Assembly: GCA_001824255.1 (NCBI GenBank)
Contig: MHWQ01000002.1
Location: 205,446 to 269,445, forward strand
Direction: 5' to 3'
Origin: Candidatus Zambryskibacteria bacterium RIFCSPLOWO2_02_FULL_51_21
Lineage (GTDB): Bacteria; Patescibacteriota; Minisyncoccia; Phycocordibacterales; Zambryskibacteraceae
DNA length: 64,000 nucleotides
Shown here: positions 48,751 through 58,622 of the stretch, one piece after another
Layout: each line of letters starts with the position of its first letter
Position numbering within the stretch: position 1 is the stretch's first letter
Translations under genes and position numbers: made by a program
The notes under the pieces: generated by a model
Database searches by the model: none
What the model was told of the DNA's origin: nothing
The model's input: the letters and a program-made list of their open reading frames with translations, nothing else

Positions 48751-48775
48751 AAGGCCGCCCATGTTGGGCGGCCTT
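48751..48775. terminator. Terminator between the convergent orphan ORF and uvrA
   Basis: AAGGCCGCCC-ATGTT-GGGCGGCCTT. Confidence 0.8.
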
Positions 48776-48778
48776 AAT

Positions 48779-51331
48779 TTATTTCTTCCTCAGTGCCTTA
48801 CGCAGATACTTGCCCGTGTAAGTATCGGTATTGGCGACCTCTTCCGGCGTGCCTTCGGCCACCAGCTCGCCTCCGCCGTCACCCCCCTCCGGCCCGATGT
48901 CGAGGATGTAGTCGGCGGACTTGATGAAGTCGAGATTGTGCTCGATGACAATGACCGTATTGCCCTTATCCACAAGCTTCTGGAGAATCTCGATTAATTT
49001 CTTTACATCAGCATAGTGGAGACCGATTGTCGGCTCATCGAGAAGATAAATCGTTTTCTCGAGATGTGGGCGGTAAAGTTCCGAAGCAATCTTTACCCTC
49101 TGCGCTTCTCCGCCGGAAAGAGTCGTCGCCGATTGCCCCAGAGCAAGATAGCCGAGCCCCACGTCATTCATACTCTTCAATCTGTCATAAATGGCCGGAA
49201 TATCCTCGAAGAACTTGAGCGCCTCCTCGACCGTCATCTCAAGGACTTGGAAAATATTTTTGCCCTTATACTTCACTTCCAGAGTCTCTTTCATAAATCT
49301 CTTGCCGCCGCAGACATCGCAAGGCACATAGACGGTCGGTAGGAAATGCATCTCGACCTCTATCATGCCGTTCCCCTGGCAAGTCTCGCAGCGGCCGCCC
49401 TTCACGTTGAAGGAGAACCTGTTCGCCTTCCAGCCGCGGGCCCTGGCCTCGGCCGACTCGGCGAATAACTCGCGTATGAAAGTGAATGCACCTGTATAAG
49501 TGGCCGGGTTACTCCTCGGCGTGCGGCCTATGGGCGACTGGTCGATGAGAATGGAGCGGCCGAGATACTCCGACCCTTCAAATGATTGGCAGTTGTAAGT
49601 ATTGGCGTTCCTGTAACGGCGGTCGAGGCGGACCTCAAGATTCTTGTGCAAGATTTCATAGACGAAAGAGGATTTGCCCGAACCGGAGACTCCCGTGACC
49701 GCTATGAGCCGGTGGAGCGGGACATCAACGTTCAAATGTTTGATGTTGAAAATCTTGCCGCCGCGAATTCTTATAACTCCCCTCTCACTTTCTCTCCTCT
49801 TCTCGGGCTTCTCTATTTTCTCTTCGCCACGAAGATAAGAGAGGGTGAGAGAACCGGATTTATTCTTGGGGCTGGTGAGAAGTTCGTCGAGGTCTCCTGA
49901 CACAACCACTTCTCCGCCGTGCACTCCCGCGCCGGGACCGATATCCACTATGTAGTCGGATGAGTAAATAGTTTCTTCGTCATGCTCGACTATGAGAATG
50001 GTGTTGCCGAGGTCTCGCAAATTTATAAGCGTCTTGATAAGGCGCTCGTTGTCGCGGGCGTGAAGCCCGATAGTCGGCTCATCGAGCACATAGAGCGCGC
50101 CGACAAGGCCGGAGCCAAGCTGGGAGGCGAGGCGTATGCGCTGCGCCTCGCCGCCGGAGAGCGTGTGCGCCCGGCGGTCAAGCGAGAGATATTCGATACC
50201 GACGTTTAACATGAAGGAGAGACGTGCTTCAATCTCCTTGGTCACCACCTTTGAAATATTTTTCTCGCGGACCGTCAGCTTCAACTTCTTGAAGAATTCG
50301 TCACAATCTTTGATAGACATCTTCGTCAGTTCAAGAATATTCTTGCCGCCGATTAAAACATGGAGGGCTTCCTTCCTAAGCCTGGCTCCGCCGCAATCTT
50401 CACAGGGTTCAGAGCCAAATAAATATTTTGTCCCCAAACCATTACAAGTCGGGCAGGCGCCGTAAGGCGAGTTGAAGGAGAAAAGGCGCGGCTCGATTTC
50501 TGGGAAGGAGAAGCCGTCCTTTGGGCAAGCCCACTTGGCGGAGAGTAAATGTTCTTCGGAGCCGAGGCGGAGCACCAGAAGCCCGTCGGATTCGTGTATC
50601 GCCTTCTCTATCGCCTCGCTTAGCCTCTCGCCGGAGCTCTTCTCGTCGAATTTAAACTCTTTCGGATTGATGAAGTCGACCAGGACAGAAATTTCGTGCT
50701 TCTTGGTCTTGGTGAGCTCGATTCGCTCCCTTAGAGACTTCTTCTTGCCGTCCACCATGACGGTGGTATAGCCCTTACCGAGCAAATCATACAGCAGCTG
50801 GTAATATTCCCCCTTCCGCCCGCGGACGATGGGGCTCCATATCTCGACGTCTGCCGAGGATTTCGCTACTTTCTCCAGCACGAAGTTCTTTATCTCTTCA
50901 TTCGACAATTTTTTAATCTCGGTGCCACAAACCAGGCAGTGCGGGTGACCGACGCGCGCGTACAAAATTCTCAAATAATCATAAATCTCGGTAATGGTCG
51001 CTACCGTCGATCGCGGATTGTTGGAGCGACTTTTCTGGTCTATGGAAATGGCGGGTGAAAGGCCGATAATCTCGTCCACATCCGGCTTCTGCATCTGGCG
51101 CAGGAACTGTCGCGCGTAGGAAGAAAGCGATTCCACATAGCGCCTCTGCCCCTCTGCGAAAATGGTGTCGAAGGCAAGCGATGATTTGCCGGAACCAGAG
51201 AGGCCGGTGAAGACAATCATCTTGTTCCGCGGCATCTCAACCGTAATATTCTTAAGGTTATGGGTGCGGGCACCTTTTACAATGATTTTGTCGCCCGGAG
51301 CTACCGATGTTTTGGTCTTTTTCTCTGACAT
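48779..51331 (-). CDS. uvrA: Excinuclease ABC subunit A
   Basis: Two ABC cassettes ([26 protein letters not shown] x2) and Zn fingers. Confidence 0.97.
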   Translation of the reverse strand: MSEKKTKTSVAPGDKIIVKGARTHNLKNITVEMPRNKMIVFTGLSGSGKSSLAFDTIFAEGQRRYVESLSSYARQFLRQMQKPDVDEIIGLSPAISIDQKSRSNNPRSTVATITEIYDYLRILYARVGHPHCLVCGTEIKKLSNEEIKNFVLEKVAKSSADVEIWSPIVRGRKGEYYQLLYDLLGKGYTTVMVDGKKKSLRERIELTKTKKHEISVLVDFINPKEFKFDEKSSGERLSEAIEKAIHESDGLLVLRLGSEEHLLSAKWACPKDGFSFPEIEPRLFSFNSPYGACPTCNGLGTKYLFGSEPCEDCGGARLRKEALHVLIGGKNILELTKMSIKDCDEFFKKLKLTVREKNISKVVTKEIEARLSFMLNVGIEYLSLDRRAHTLSGGEAQRIRLASQLGSGLVGALYVLDEPTIGLHARDNERLIKTLINLRDLGNTILIVEHDEETIYSSDYIVDIGPGAGVHGGEVVVSGDLDELLTSPKNKSGSLTLSYLRGEEKIEKPEKRRESERGVIRIRGGKIFNIKHLNVDVPLHRLIAVTGVSGSGKSSFVYEILHKNLEVRLDRRYRNANTYNCQSFEGSEYLGRSILIDQSPIGRTPRSNPATYTGAFTFIRELFAESAEARARGWKANRFSFNVKGGRCETCQGNGMIEVEMHFLPTVYVPCDVCGGKRFMKETLEVKYKGKNIFQVLEMTVEEALKFFEDIPAIYDRLKSMNDVGLGYLALGQSATTLSGGEAQRVKIASELYRPHLEKTIYLLDEPTIGLHYADVKKLIEILQKLVDKGNTVIVIEHNLDFIKSADYILDIGPEGGDGGGELVAEGTPEEVANTDTYTGKYLRKALRKK

Positions 51332-51393
51332 ATAGCAATTCGCCCATGGGCTGGCCCATAGGGGTATAACGGAACAATCCTAACATATCCATC

Positions 51394-51972
51394 TTACTTT
51401 TTCTCGCGCTCAAACCTGAGCACACTACCTGTAAAGTTCTTACCTGAGTCCTCAAAGCAGACTTCATAATCAACAGAATATTTTTCTGCTTCAGGAATAT
51501 GATTCTTTTTTATAAACCGGAATTCTCGAATCAGTCCCGTTGATTTCTTGAGAGGACAATCCTTAAGATGTTCCACGAGGTATTTTGCAAACATGAGCCA
51601 AGGAGGAATATTTGTTATATCGGAAGGAAGCCCAAACTGCTCAAGCATATTGTAGAGATTCCCCCTTAGATCTCCAAGAGAGAAGAACTGGTGATTGAAA
51701 TCTGAGTGATGAAATTTATCTTCAGGATGCTCAATGATAAATTTCTCCATTTCTTCCAGTGTTCCTCTGGCAAATTCCTTATTAGTGAGATTTGTGTGCA
51801 CAGCCCAATTGCACCAATGTTTAACTCTATCCCATTCAGGAAGACTGCTTCCATTTTCTTCTTCCATTTTATCTACCAGTCTTCTCAACTCGACCATTAT
51901 GTACACGACTCGCTCTTTTTCGATTGGTTTTTGTAAGGCTGACCTTAAGTTTTCTATTATTTCTTGTCTCAT
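51394..51972 (-). CDS. AT-rich hypothetical protein inserted between uvrB and uvrA
   Basis: 192-aa ORF whose start overlaps the uvrB stop (TAATG). Confidence 0.7.
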   Translation of the reverse strand: MRQEIIENLRSALQKPIEKERVVYIMVELRRLVDKMEEENGSSLPEWDRVKHWCNWAVHTNLTNKEFARGTLEEMEKFIIEHPEDKFHHSDFNHQFFSLGDLRGNLYNMLEQFGLPSDITNIPPWLMFAKYLVEHLKDCPLKKSTGLIREFRFIKKNHIPEAEKYSVDYEVCFEDSGKNFTGSVLRFEREKK

Positions 51973-53996
51973 TATTTCTTCTTGGGTAATCTGGCTTCCA
52001 ATGCCCTAATCTCATCTCTGATAATAGCGGCGGATTCGAAGTCGAGGTTTTTGACGGCTTCTTCCATCTCCTTCATCTTCTGCTTGATGACTTTCTTCGG
52101 CGACTTCTTGAAGAGCGCGGCGTCGGTTTCAAGAAGCATATCGACGGCATGGTGATGCTCGCGCTCGAGCGTGTCGGTGATGTCCTTAATCTTCTTCACA
52201 ATGGTCTTGGGCGTTATGCCATGCTTGGTGTTGTAGGCAGTCTGAAGCTTCCTCCGGCGGGCGGTCTCATCTATGGCGTACTTCATCGAGCCCGTGACTG
52301 AGTCGGCGTAGAGGATAACTCGGCCAAGAACGTTCCTCGCCGCCCGGCCGATAATCTGGATGAGCGAAGTCTCGCTCCGCAAAAAACCTTCTTTATCAGC
52401 ATCGAGAATACCGATAAGGGTTATTTCGGGAAGGTCTATACCTTCCCTCAATAGATTCACTCCCACGATGCAGTCGAACTCGCCCTTGCGCAGACGGGTC
52501 AGTATCTCTATGCGCTCGATGGTCTTGATATCGCTGTGCAAGTATTCCGCCTTTATCCCCTTCTCTTTCAAATATTCACTCAAGTCCTCGGCCATCTTTT
52601 TGGTCAGCGTTGTCGCCATGACCCGGCCGCCCTTCCCTATCGCCTTCTCCGCTTCGGCGATGAAGTCTTGCACCTGGCCAGGATAAGACCCTTTTTGAAG
52701 TATCGGCTTCACCGATACTTCTGGGTCTATGAGGCCTGTCGGGCGGATAATCTGCTCGACCACCTTCTCACTCACCTCTTTCTCATACTTGGCCGGCGTG
52801 GCGCTCGTATATATGACCTGCCCCACGCGCTCGGAGAACTCTTCGAACTTCAAAGGCCGGTTGTCGCGGGCCGAAGGCAGCCGGAAGCCGTGCTCGATGA
52901 GCGTGTTCTTCCTCGACCTGTCTCCCGCGAACATGCCCCCAATCTGCGGCACGGTGACGTGGCTCTCGTCGATAATAGTCAAGAAACCTGCCTCGCCGGT
53001 AGGCAGGTCTTTAGGAAAATAATCCAGAAGCGTGTAAGGCGCTTCGCCCACCTTCTTCCCGGTAAAATGTCTCGAATAATTCTCGATGCCGTTGGTGTAG
53101 CCGACTTCGCGAAGCATGGCGAGGTCATAGGAGGTGCGGCGCTTCAGGCGCTCGGCTTCGAGCACTTTGCCGTCCTTCTTTAATTCCTCGAGCCGGTCTT
53201 CAAGCTCGCTCTTGATGCTTTCGAGTGCGCGCTTGTTGGCATCGTCCGCAGTGATGAAGTGCTTGGCCGGGAAGAGGAAAAAGACTTCCGGCTCGGAGAT
53301 TATCGTCCGCGAGACTGCGTCTATCTTTTGTATCTTCTCTACCCTCTCGCCTTTAAACTCGACCCTGTATATGACCCGCTCTGAGATGGGCATGATTTCG
53401 ACCGCGTTACCCAGAGCGCGGAACACACCCGGCTTCACGTCCGCGTTGGTGCGTTTGTAATGGATATCGATGAGATTCCTGACAAGATCTCCCCTGGAGA
53501 TCTTGTCCCCGTTCGAAAGTTTCAGATTTACCTTTTCATATTCCTCCGGGTCGCCCAAACCATAGATGCAAGAGACGGAGGCGACGATAATGACGTCCTT
53601 CCTCGTGAGCAGGGCTTGGGTCGAGGCGTGGCGCAGGCGCTCAATCTCTTCGTTAATCATCGCCTCCTTCTCGATGTAAGTATCCGTCACCGGCAGATAC
53701 GCTTCCGGCTGGTAGAAGTCATAATAGGAAACGAAGTAGTGCACGGCGTTGTCCGGGAAAAATTCCCGGTACTCCTGCGCGAGTTGGGCAGCCAGGGTCT
53801 TGTTGTGCGCGATGACAAGCGTGGGCTTCCCAATTTTCTCTATGACATTGGCGACGGTGAAGGTTTTGCCGGAACCGGTCACGCCAAGCAAGGTTTGATG
53901 TCTCAAACCTTGCTTAATACCTGCCACCAGCTCCTTTATGGCCTGAGGCTGGTCGCCGGCCGGCTTGAAATCGTTCTTTATCTTAAAGGCGGTCAT
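51972..53996 (-). CDS. uvrB: Excinuclease ABC subunit B
   Basis: GVTGSGKT, YYDFYQPEAY, DESH, GRAARN, UVR tail. Confidence 0.97.
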   Translation of the reverse strand: MTAFKIKNDFKPAGDQPQAIKELVAGIKQGLRHQTLLGVTGSGKTFTVANVIEKIGKPTLVIAHNKTLAAQLAQEYREFFPDNAVHYFVSYYDFYQPEAYLPVTDTYIEKEAMINEEIERLRHASTQALLTRKDVIIVASVSCIYGLGDPEEYEKVNLKLSNGDKISRGDLVRNLIDIHYKRTNADVKPGVFRALGNAVEIMPISERVIYRVEFKGERVEKIQKIDAVSRTIISEPEVFFLFPAKHFITADDANKRALESIKSELEDRLEELKKDGKVLEAERLKRRTSYDLAMLREVGYTNGIENYSRHFTGKKVGEAPYTLLDYFPKDLPTGEAGFLTIIDESHVTVPQIGGMFAGDRSRKNTLIEHGFRLPSARDNRPLKFEEFSERVGQVIYTSATPAKYEKEVSEKVVEQIIRPTGLIDPEVSVKPILQKGSYPGQVQDFIAEAEKAIGKGGRVMATTLTKKMAEDLSEYLKEKGIKAEYLHSDIKTIERIEILTRLRKGEFDCIVGVNLLREGIDLPEITLIGILDADKEGFLRSETSLIQIIGRAARNVLGRVILYADSVTGSMKYAIDETARRRKLQTAYNTKHGITPKTIVKKIKDITDTLEREHHHAVDMLLETDAALFKKSPKKVIKQKMKEMEEAVKNLDFESAAIIRDEIRALEARLPKKK
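52986..53008. repeat. REP-like palindrome in-frame within uvrB
   Basis: ACCTGCCT-CGCCGGT-AGGCAGGT, encoding DLPTGEAG. Confidence 0.65.
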
Positions 53997-54041
53997 TTCG
54001 GGGCTATATTACAACATTTTTTAAGCTATGCCAAATCATGC

Positions 54042-54070
54042 TTGACAAATATACTATAGTATGCTAAGAT
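54042..54070 (+). promoter_or_regulatory. Sigma70 promoter with extended -10
   Basis: TTGACA-17-TAAGAT, preceded by TG. Confidence 0.75.
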
Positions 54071-54098
54071 AGTACAAGACTCCCCCAGGAGACGGGAC

Positions 54099-54242
54099 AT
54101 GAAGAGCATCGCGGGACTTCTCGGATTTCTGGTGTTCATGGTCATCATGGTCGTACTTGCCGGCAACTGGATCGAGGCAAGAAAGGCCGCGATGAGCAAG
54201 TGCACCGACACCCGAGCCCAGCTCGGACTCTGCGTGAAGTAA
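54099..54242 (+). CDS. Small single-TM peptide with a Cys pair (47 aa; not in ORF track)
   Basis: AGGAG SD; MKSIAGLLGFLVFMVIMVVLAGNWIEARKAAMSKCTDTRAQLGLCVK; own promoter and terminator. Confidence 0.7.
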   Translation: MKSIAGLLGFLVFMVIMVVLAGNWIEARKAAMSKCTDTRAQLGLCVK

Positions 54243-54246
54243 GACG

Positions 54247-54278
54247 AAGGCGGCCTCATCGGAGGCCGCCTTTTTGTT
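54247..54278 (+). terminator. Intrinsic terminator
   Basis: AAGGCGGCCTC-ATCG-GAGGCCGCCTT-TTTG. Confidence 0.85.
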
Positions 54279-54293
54279 TGGCAGGGTGCACAG

Positions 54294-54476
54294 TCAGATG
54301 CGACGGTCGGTGTAGCCGTGCGGATTGCGGACGAAATACGGTCCGCGTTCGCTCCGGGTTTTCTCTGAATCCGGGTGGCCGAGGCCGTAGCGCTCGGCGA
54401 GGTCGTCGTCATTGGGTTCTGGGCCAACGGCGTCGTGCTGCGGCTTCTCTTCATCAGACCGGGTCTTCTCACTCAT
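54294..54476 (-). CDS. Small charged, low-complexity orphan peptide (60 aa)
   Basis: AGGGAGG SD before ATG (MSEKTRSDEEK...); SEKTRS occurs twice. Confidence 0.6.
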   Translation of the reverse strand: MSEKTRSDEEKPQHDAVGPEPNDDDLAERYGLGHPDSEKTRSERGPYFVRNPHGYTDRRI

Positions 54477-54531
54477 ACACCCTCCCTGTTGCAGACAGAA
54501 CGAGATTTTGAAACGCCTTTGGATAAAGTTA

Positions 54532-55740
54532 CTACTCTTTCCGATACTTGGCAAGGAACTCATTTTTAAATTGTGGAAAGCGGTTTTCAAGAATAGCCCG
54601 CCTCATATTCTTTACCAGATTGATGATGAAGTAGAGATTGTGGATGGAACCAAGCGTGCCGCCAAGCATCTCGTGCGCGCGATAGAGATGGCAGAGATAC
54701 GCTCTCGAATAATTTTTGCAAACAGAGCACTCGCATTCTTCGTCCACCGGACCCTGGTCTTCTCGATACTCCGCGTTCTTGATATTTATTTTGCCTCTCG
54801 AAGTATAGAGCGTACCTCCCCTGCCATTCCGCGTGGGAGCAACACAGTCGAAGAGGTCCACCCCGTTCTCGACACCCATAAACAAATCTTCCGGCTCGCC
54901 GATACCCAGGAGATGTCTCGGTTTATCTTTCGGCAATATTTCATTGACCCATTTCACCGCCGTTTCCATGTCCTCCTTGGCGAAACTGCCGCCGATACCG
55001 AAACCGTCGAAATCGAGCGAACCGATAAACTCCGCCGAACGTCTGCGCAAAGACTCTTCGCGCCCGCCTTGGACAATACCAAACAAAGCTTGAAACTCGG
55101 CATTGGGCTTAGATTTGTGATAGTCGAGACTGCGTTGTGCCCATCTATGCGTCCTTTCTAAGGCTTCTTCCTGATACCTGTAACCCTCCGAGGGCGAGGT
55201 GCATTCGTCGAAGGCGAAAATAATGTCCGCGCCTAAGTTGTGCTGAATTTCGATACTCTTCTCCGGCGTAATGTAGTGGAGTGAGCCGTCGTGGTGGGAA
55301 CGGAAGGAGACGCCGTCCTGCCCGACGCGCGCCAAGCGCGGCGCCTCGCCGTCGAGCGAGCGCTCCACGAGAAGCTGGGAAGGGTCGGTAATCTTTGTGA
55401 TTTTCGACAATTCCTTGCCATACGCCGCGCCGAGGGAGAAGACCTGGAAGCCGCCTGAGTCCGTCATCATCGGCCCCTGCCAATTCATGAATTTATGAAG
55501 GCCTCCAAAATTTTTTACCCTCTCGTCTCCCGGTTCGAGATACAAGTGATAAGTGTTGGCAAGCACTACCTGCGCGCCCGTCTCTAAGATTTGCTCCGGC
55601 GTAAGCGCCTTAACGCTCGCTTTCGTCCCCACAGCCACAAACGTCGGTGTCTCTATGACTCCGTGCGGCGTCTCAATCTTCCCCGCCCTGCCCATCTGTC
55701 CGGGGATTTCTTTTTCTATTTCAAATTTAATCGGCGCCAC
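54532..55740 (-). CDS. tgt: tRNA-guanine transglycosylase
   Basis: LANTYHL, TDSGGFQVFSL, GIVQGG, DLFDCV.PTR, Zn motif CECSVC..H. Confidence 0.95.
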   Translation of the reverse strand: MAPIKFEIEKEIPGQMGRAGKIETPHGVIETPTFVAVGTKASVKALTPEQILETGAQVVLANTYHLYLEPGDERVKNFGGLHKFMNWQGPMMTDSGGFQVFSLGAAYGKELSKITKITDPSQLLVERSLDGEAPRLARVGQDGVSFRSHHDGSLHYITPEKSIEIQHNLGADIIFAFDECTSPSEGYRYQEEALERTHRWAQRSLDYHKSKPNAEFQALFGIVQGGREESLRRRSAEFIGSLDFDGFGIGGSFAKEDMETAVKWVNEILPKDKPRHLLGIGEPEDLFMGVENGVDLFDCVAPTRNGRGGTLYTSRGKINIKNAEYREDQGPVDEECECSVCKNYSRAYLCHLYRAHEMLGGTLGSIHNLYFIINLVKNMRRAILENRFPQFKNEFLAKYRKE

Positions 55741-56744
55741 TAGCGTTTCGCGATTATGCTCTTTTTATAAGTATCCAAATGTTCGAGGGCAACACCGGTG
55801 CCCTTGGCCACGCAGAAGTAGGCGTCTTTGGCCATGACGGCTTTCACTCCAGTGCGGCGATACATAAGTTCCGGGAAATTACGAAGCTGTGAGGAACCGC
55901 CAGTCATGATGATTCCCCTATCGATGATATCCGATGCCAGTTCCGGCGGCGTCTCCTGCAAGACTTCCTTGACCGCCTTAATCATTTCTCGAAGTTCCTT
56001 CGAAATCGCTTTGACCACCTCATTGGTCTTGAGCTCTATAGTCCTCGGCAAACCGAGAATGAAGTCGCGGCCCTTGACCGACATGGTAAGCTCTTCGTCG
56101 AGAGGAATGGCGCTTCCAATTTTAATCTTCACATCCTCAGCCATCTTGTCGCCGATAATTAGATTGAAATTCTTCTTAAGGTAATCAGCGATGGCCGCAT
56201 CCATCTTGTTGCCGGCGACCTTCACGGAAGTGGAGGCGACGATGCCGCCGAGAGAGATGACAGCCACGTCGGTGGTGCCGCCGCCTATGTCCACAATCAT
56301 GTGTCCAGCCGCCTCCTGAATGGGTATGCCCGCACCAATGGCGGCAAGAATCGGCTCTTTGACCACATAGGCATTCTTGGCACCGGCTTTCATGGCCGCC
56401 TCCACGACGGCACGCCGCTCGGTAGAGGTAATACCCGCGGGTACGGAGATAAGCACATCAGGCTTCCAAATGTTCCACTTGCCGAGCGTCTTGTCGATGT
56501 AGTAGCGGAGCATCGCTTCCGTCACTCGGTAGTCGGCGATGACGCCGTCCTTCATCGGGCGGTAAGCGGAGATGCCTCCCGGAGTTCTACCTATCATTGT
56601 CTTGGCTTCGGAACCGATGGCGAGAATCTTGTTGTCGGACTCCGAGACCGCCACGACCGAAGGCTCGTTCAAAACAATACCCTTGCCTGGTACGAAGACC
56701 AGGATATTGGTGGTGCCGAGGTCGATGCCGAGTTTTTTCGCCAT
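55740..56744 (-). CDS. mreB: Rod shape-determining protein MreB
   Basis: GIDLGT, EPSVVA, PMKDGVIAD, DIGGGTTD, TPPEL.SDI. Confidence 0.95.
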   Translation of the reverse strand: MAKKLGIDLGTTNILVFVPGKGIVLNEPSVVAVSESDNKILAIGSEAKTMIGRTPGGISAYRPMKDGVIADYRVTEAMLRYYIDKTLGKWNIWKPDVLISVPAGITSTERRAVVEAAMKAGAKNAYVVKEPILAAIGAGIPIQEAAGHMIVDIGGGTTDVAVISLGGIVASTSVKVAGNKMDAAIADYLKKNFNLIIGDKMAEDVKIKIGSAIPLDEELTMSVKGRDFILGLPRTIELKTNEVVKAISKELREMIKAVKEVLQETPPELASDIIDRGIIMTGGSSQLRNFPELMYRRTGVKAVMAKDAYFCVAKGTGVALEHLDTYKKSIIAKR

Positions 56745-56768
56745 TTGCCCACATGATACTATAACTAT

Positions 56769-58622
56769 ATGAGTGACGGAAAGCAGGCTGGCGCGTATCT
56801 GGTGGAAGCAATTCCCCTGGCTAAATCCGCCTCAAGAAATCTTTCTTATTTCTCCTCTGTCCGTTTGGTACCCGGAACTTTGGTGCGAGCGCCTCTGCGA
56901 AAAGGATTTATCCTCGCCGTAGCGACAAGCTGCCGGAGCGCCGCGGCTGCCAAGACCGCAATACGCCGAGCCGAATTCCCTCTTCGGAAAATCGCGAGAA
57001 AAGACATTTACGAAGCCGGCTTCGCGCCGGAGTTTCTCTCTGCAGTGGAAAAAGCTTCACTCTACTACGCCTGCAGCGCCGGAGCGCTCCTCTTCTCCCT
57101 CCTGCCCAAAATACTTCTTGAGAATCCTGAGAAATTCTTCCCGCCGCCGCAGAAAAGAAGCCGCGCCGCCGGTCCCAAGGAAGTACTACTTCTCCAGATG
57201 GAGGACGAGGAGCGCTTCGGACAATACCGCGCGCAGGTGCGCCAGTGCTTCGCCAGAGGAAAGTCGGCCATGTTCGTATCGCCGACGCACGTTGATGCGG
57301 TGAAAGCCGCGACGCGGCTTTCACAAGGCATAGGGCCATACGTCTTCGTCTTTACCCTCAAGGCGAAGGCCGCTGAAGCGAGGAGAATCTGGCAGGCGGC
57401 GCTTGGCGAAGAACATCCCATACTCTTCATCACAACCGCGGCCGGAGCGGCCTTCGACCGCCCTGACATCGACACTATTATCATCGAGAGAGAGAACTCC
57501 CGCGCTTACTGCTCTCTATCGAGGCCATACCTACACCTCAAGGTTTTTCTCGAATATCTGGCCAGAGATACTTCGCGCCAGCTCATACTCGGAGACTCAG
57601 TCCTCTCGCTTGAATCATTGAGGAAAGAGAAGCAGGGCGAGTGCGCCGAGCTATCGCTTGTGAGGTGGCGACTGCCAGCAGCACTCTCCCGCCTGGTTGA
57701 CGCCAGAGAAAAACCCGATGGCAAAGGGAAATTCGAAATCTTCTCACCCGAACTTAAAACACTTATCTCCAAAGCCCTTGAGGAAAAGGAAAAAATATTT
57801 CTCTTCGGCGCCAGGAAGGGTCTTGCTCCCACTACCGTTTGTGGCGACTGCGGTTATATCCTCCCCTGTCTCAACTGCGGCGCGCCTGTCGTGCTTCACC
57901 GGCAGAAAGCGGGCGGAAATGTCTATGTCTGCCACGCCTGCGGCGAGAAGCGAGATTCGAAAACAGTCTGCGGATATTGCGGCAGCTGGAAACTCGTGCC
58001 TCTCGGCATAGGTATTGAGAGGATAGTGGCGGAGGCGAGAGACCTTTTCCCTTCCGCTACAGTCGAAATACTCGACAAGGACCACGCGCCGACGGACGCG
58101 AAAGCGCGAATCATCGTGAAGAAATTCGAGGAGACCGGCGGTATCCTCGTCGGCACGGAGTTCGCCTTCTTCCACCTTGAGAAGGTCCCGTATGCCGCTC
58201 TCGTCTCGGCGGACTCGCTCTTCTCCATCCCCGACTTCGGGATAAACGAGCGCATCTTCTACCTGGTCTCCCGCCTGCGCGAGATGACGCAGAAAGAATC
58301 TCTCATCCAGACCAGGAACATCGGCAAACAGGTCCTCGCTTGGGCGGCGCAAGGCAATATCATCGACTTCTATCTGAGTGAAATCGCGGAGAGAAAAAGT
58401 CTTTCTTATCCGCCGTTTGCAATTTTTATCAAAATTGAAGACGCAAGAAACAAGATGCAAGAGACAAAAGATAAATTATTGAAATGGCATCCAGAGAGTT
58501 ATAAGAATTCGCTCATTATAAGAATACCTAAGGAGAAGTGGCCAGACGAAGAACTCTCGCGCGAACTCTCATGGCTTTCACCGCAATTTTCCATTAAAGT
58601 AGACCCTGAGAGTATCATATGA
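56769..58622 (+). CDS. priA: PriA-like protein with degenerate helicase motifs
   Basis: N-terminal 3'-binding-like domain, four CxxC, GIG.E, ILVGT, IQT, YPPF. Confidence 0.8.
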   Translation: MSDGKQAGAYLVEAIPLAKSASRNLSYFSSVRLVPGTLVRAPLRKGFILAVATSCRSAAAAKTAIRRAEFPLRKIARKDIYEAGFAPEFLSAVEKASLYYACSAGALLFSLLPKILLENPEKFFPPPQKRSRAAGPKEVLLLQMEDEERFGQYRAQVRQCFARGKSAMFVSPTHVDAVKAATRLSQGIGPYVFVFTLKAKAAEARRIWQAALGEEHPILFITTAAGAAFDRPDIDTIIIERENSRAYCSLSRPYLHLKVFLEYLARDTSRQLILGDSVLSLESLRKEKQGECAELSLVRWRLPAALSRLVDAREKPDGKGKFEIFSPELKTLISKALEEKEKIFLFGARKGLAPTTVCGDCGYILPCLNCGAPVVLHRQKAGGNVYVCHACGEKRDSKTVCGYCGSWKLVPLGIGIERIVAEARDLFPSATVEILDKDHAPTDAKARIIVKKFEETGGILVGTEFAFFHLEKVPYAALVSADSLFSIPDFGINERIFYLVSRLREMTQKESLIQTRNIGKQVLAWAAQGNIIDFYLSEIAERKSLSYPPFAIFIKIEDARNKMQETKDKLLKWHPESYKNSLIIRIPKEKWPDEELSRELSWLSPQFSIKVDPESII

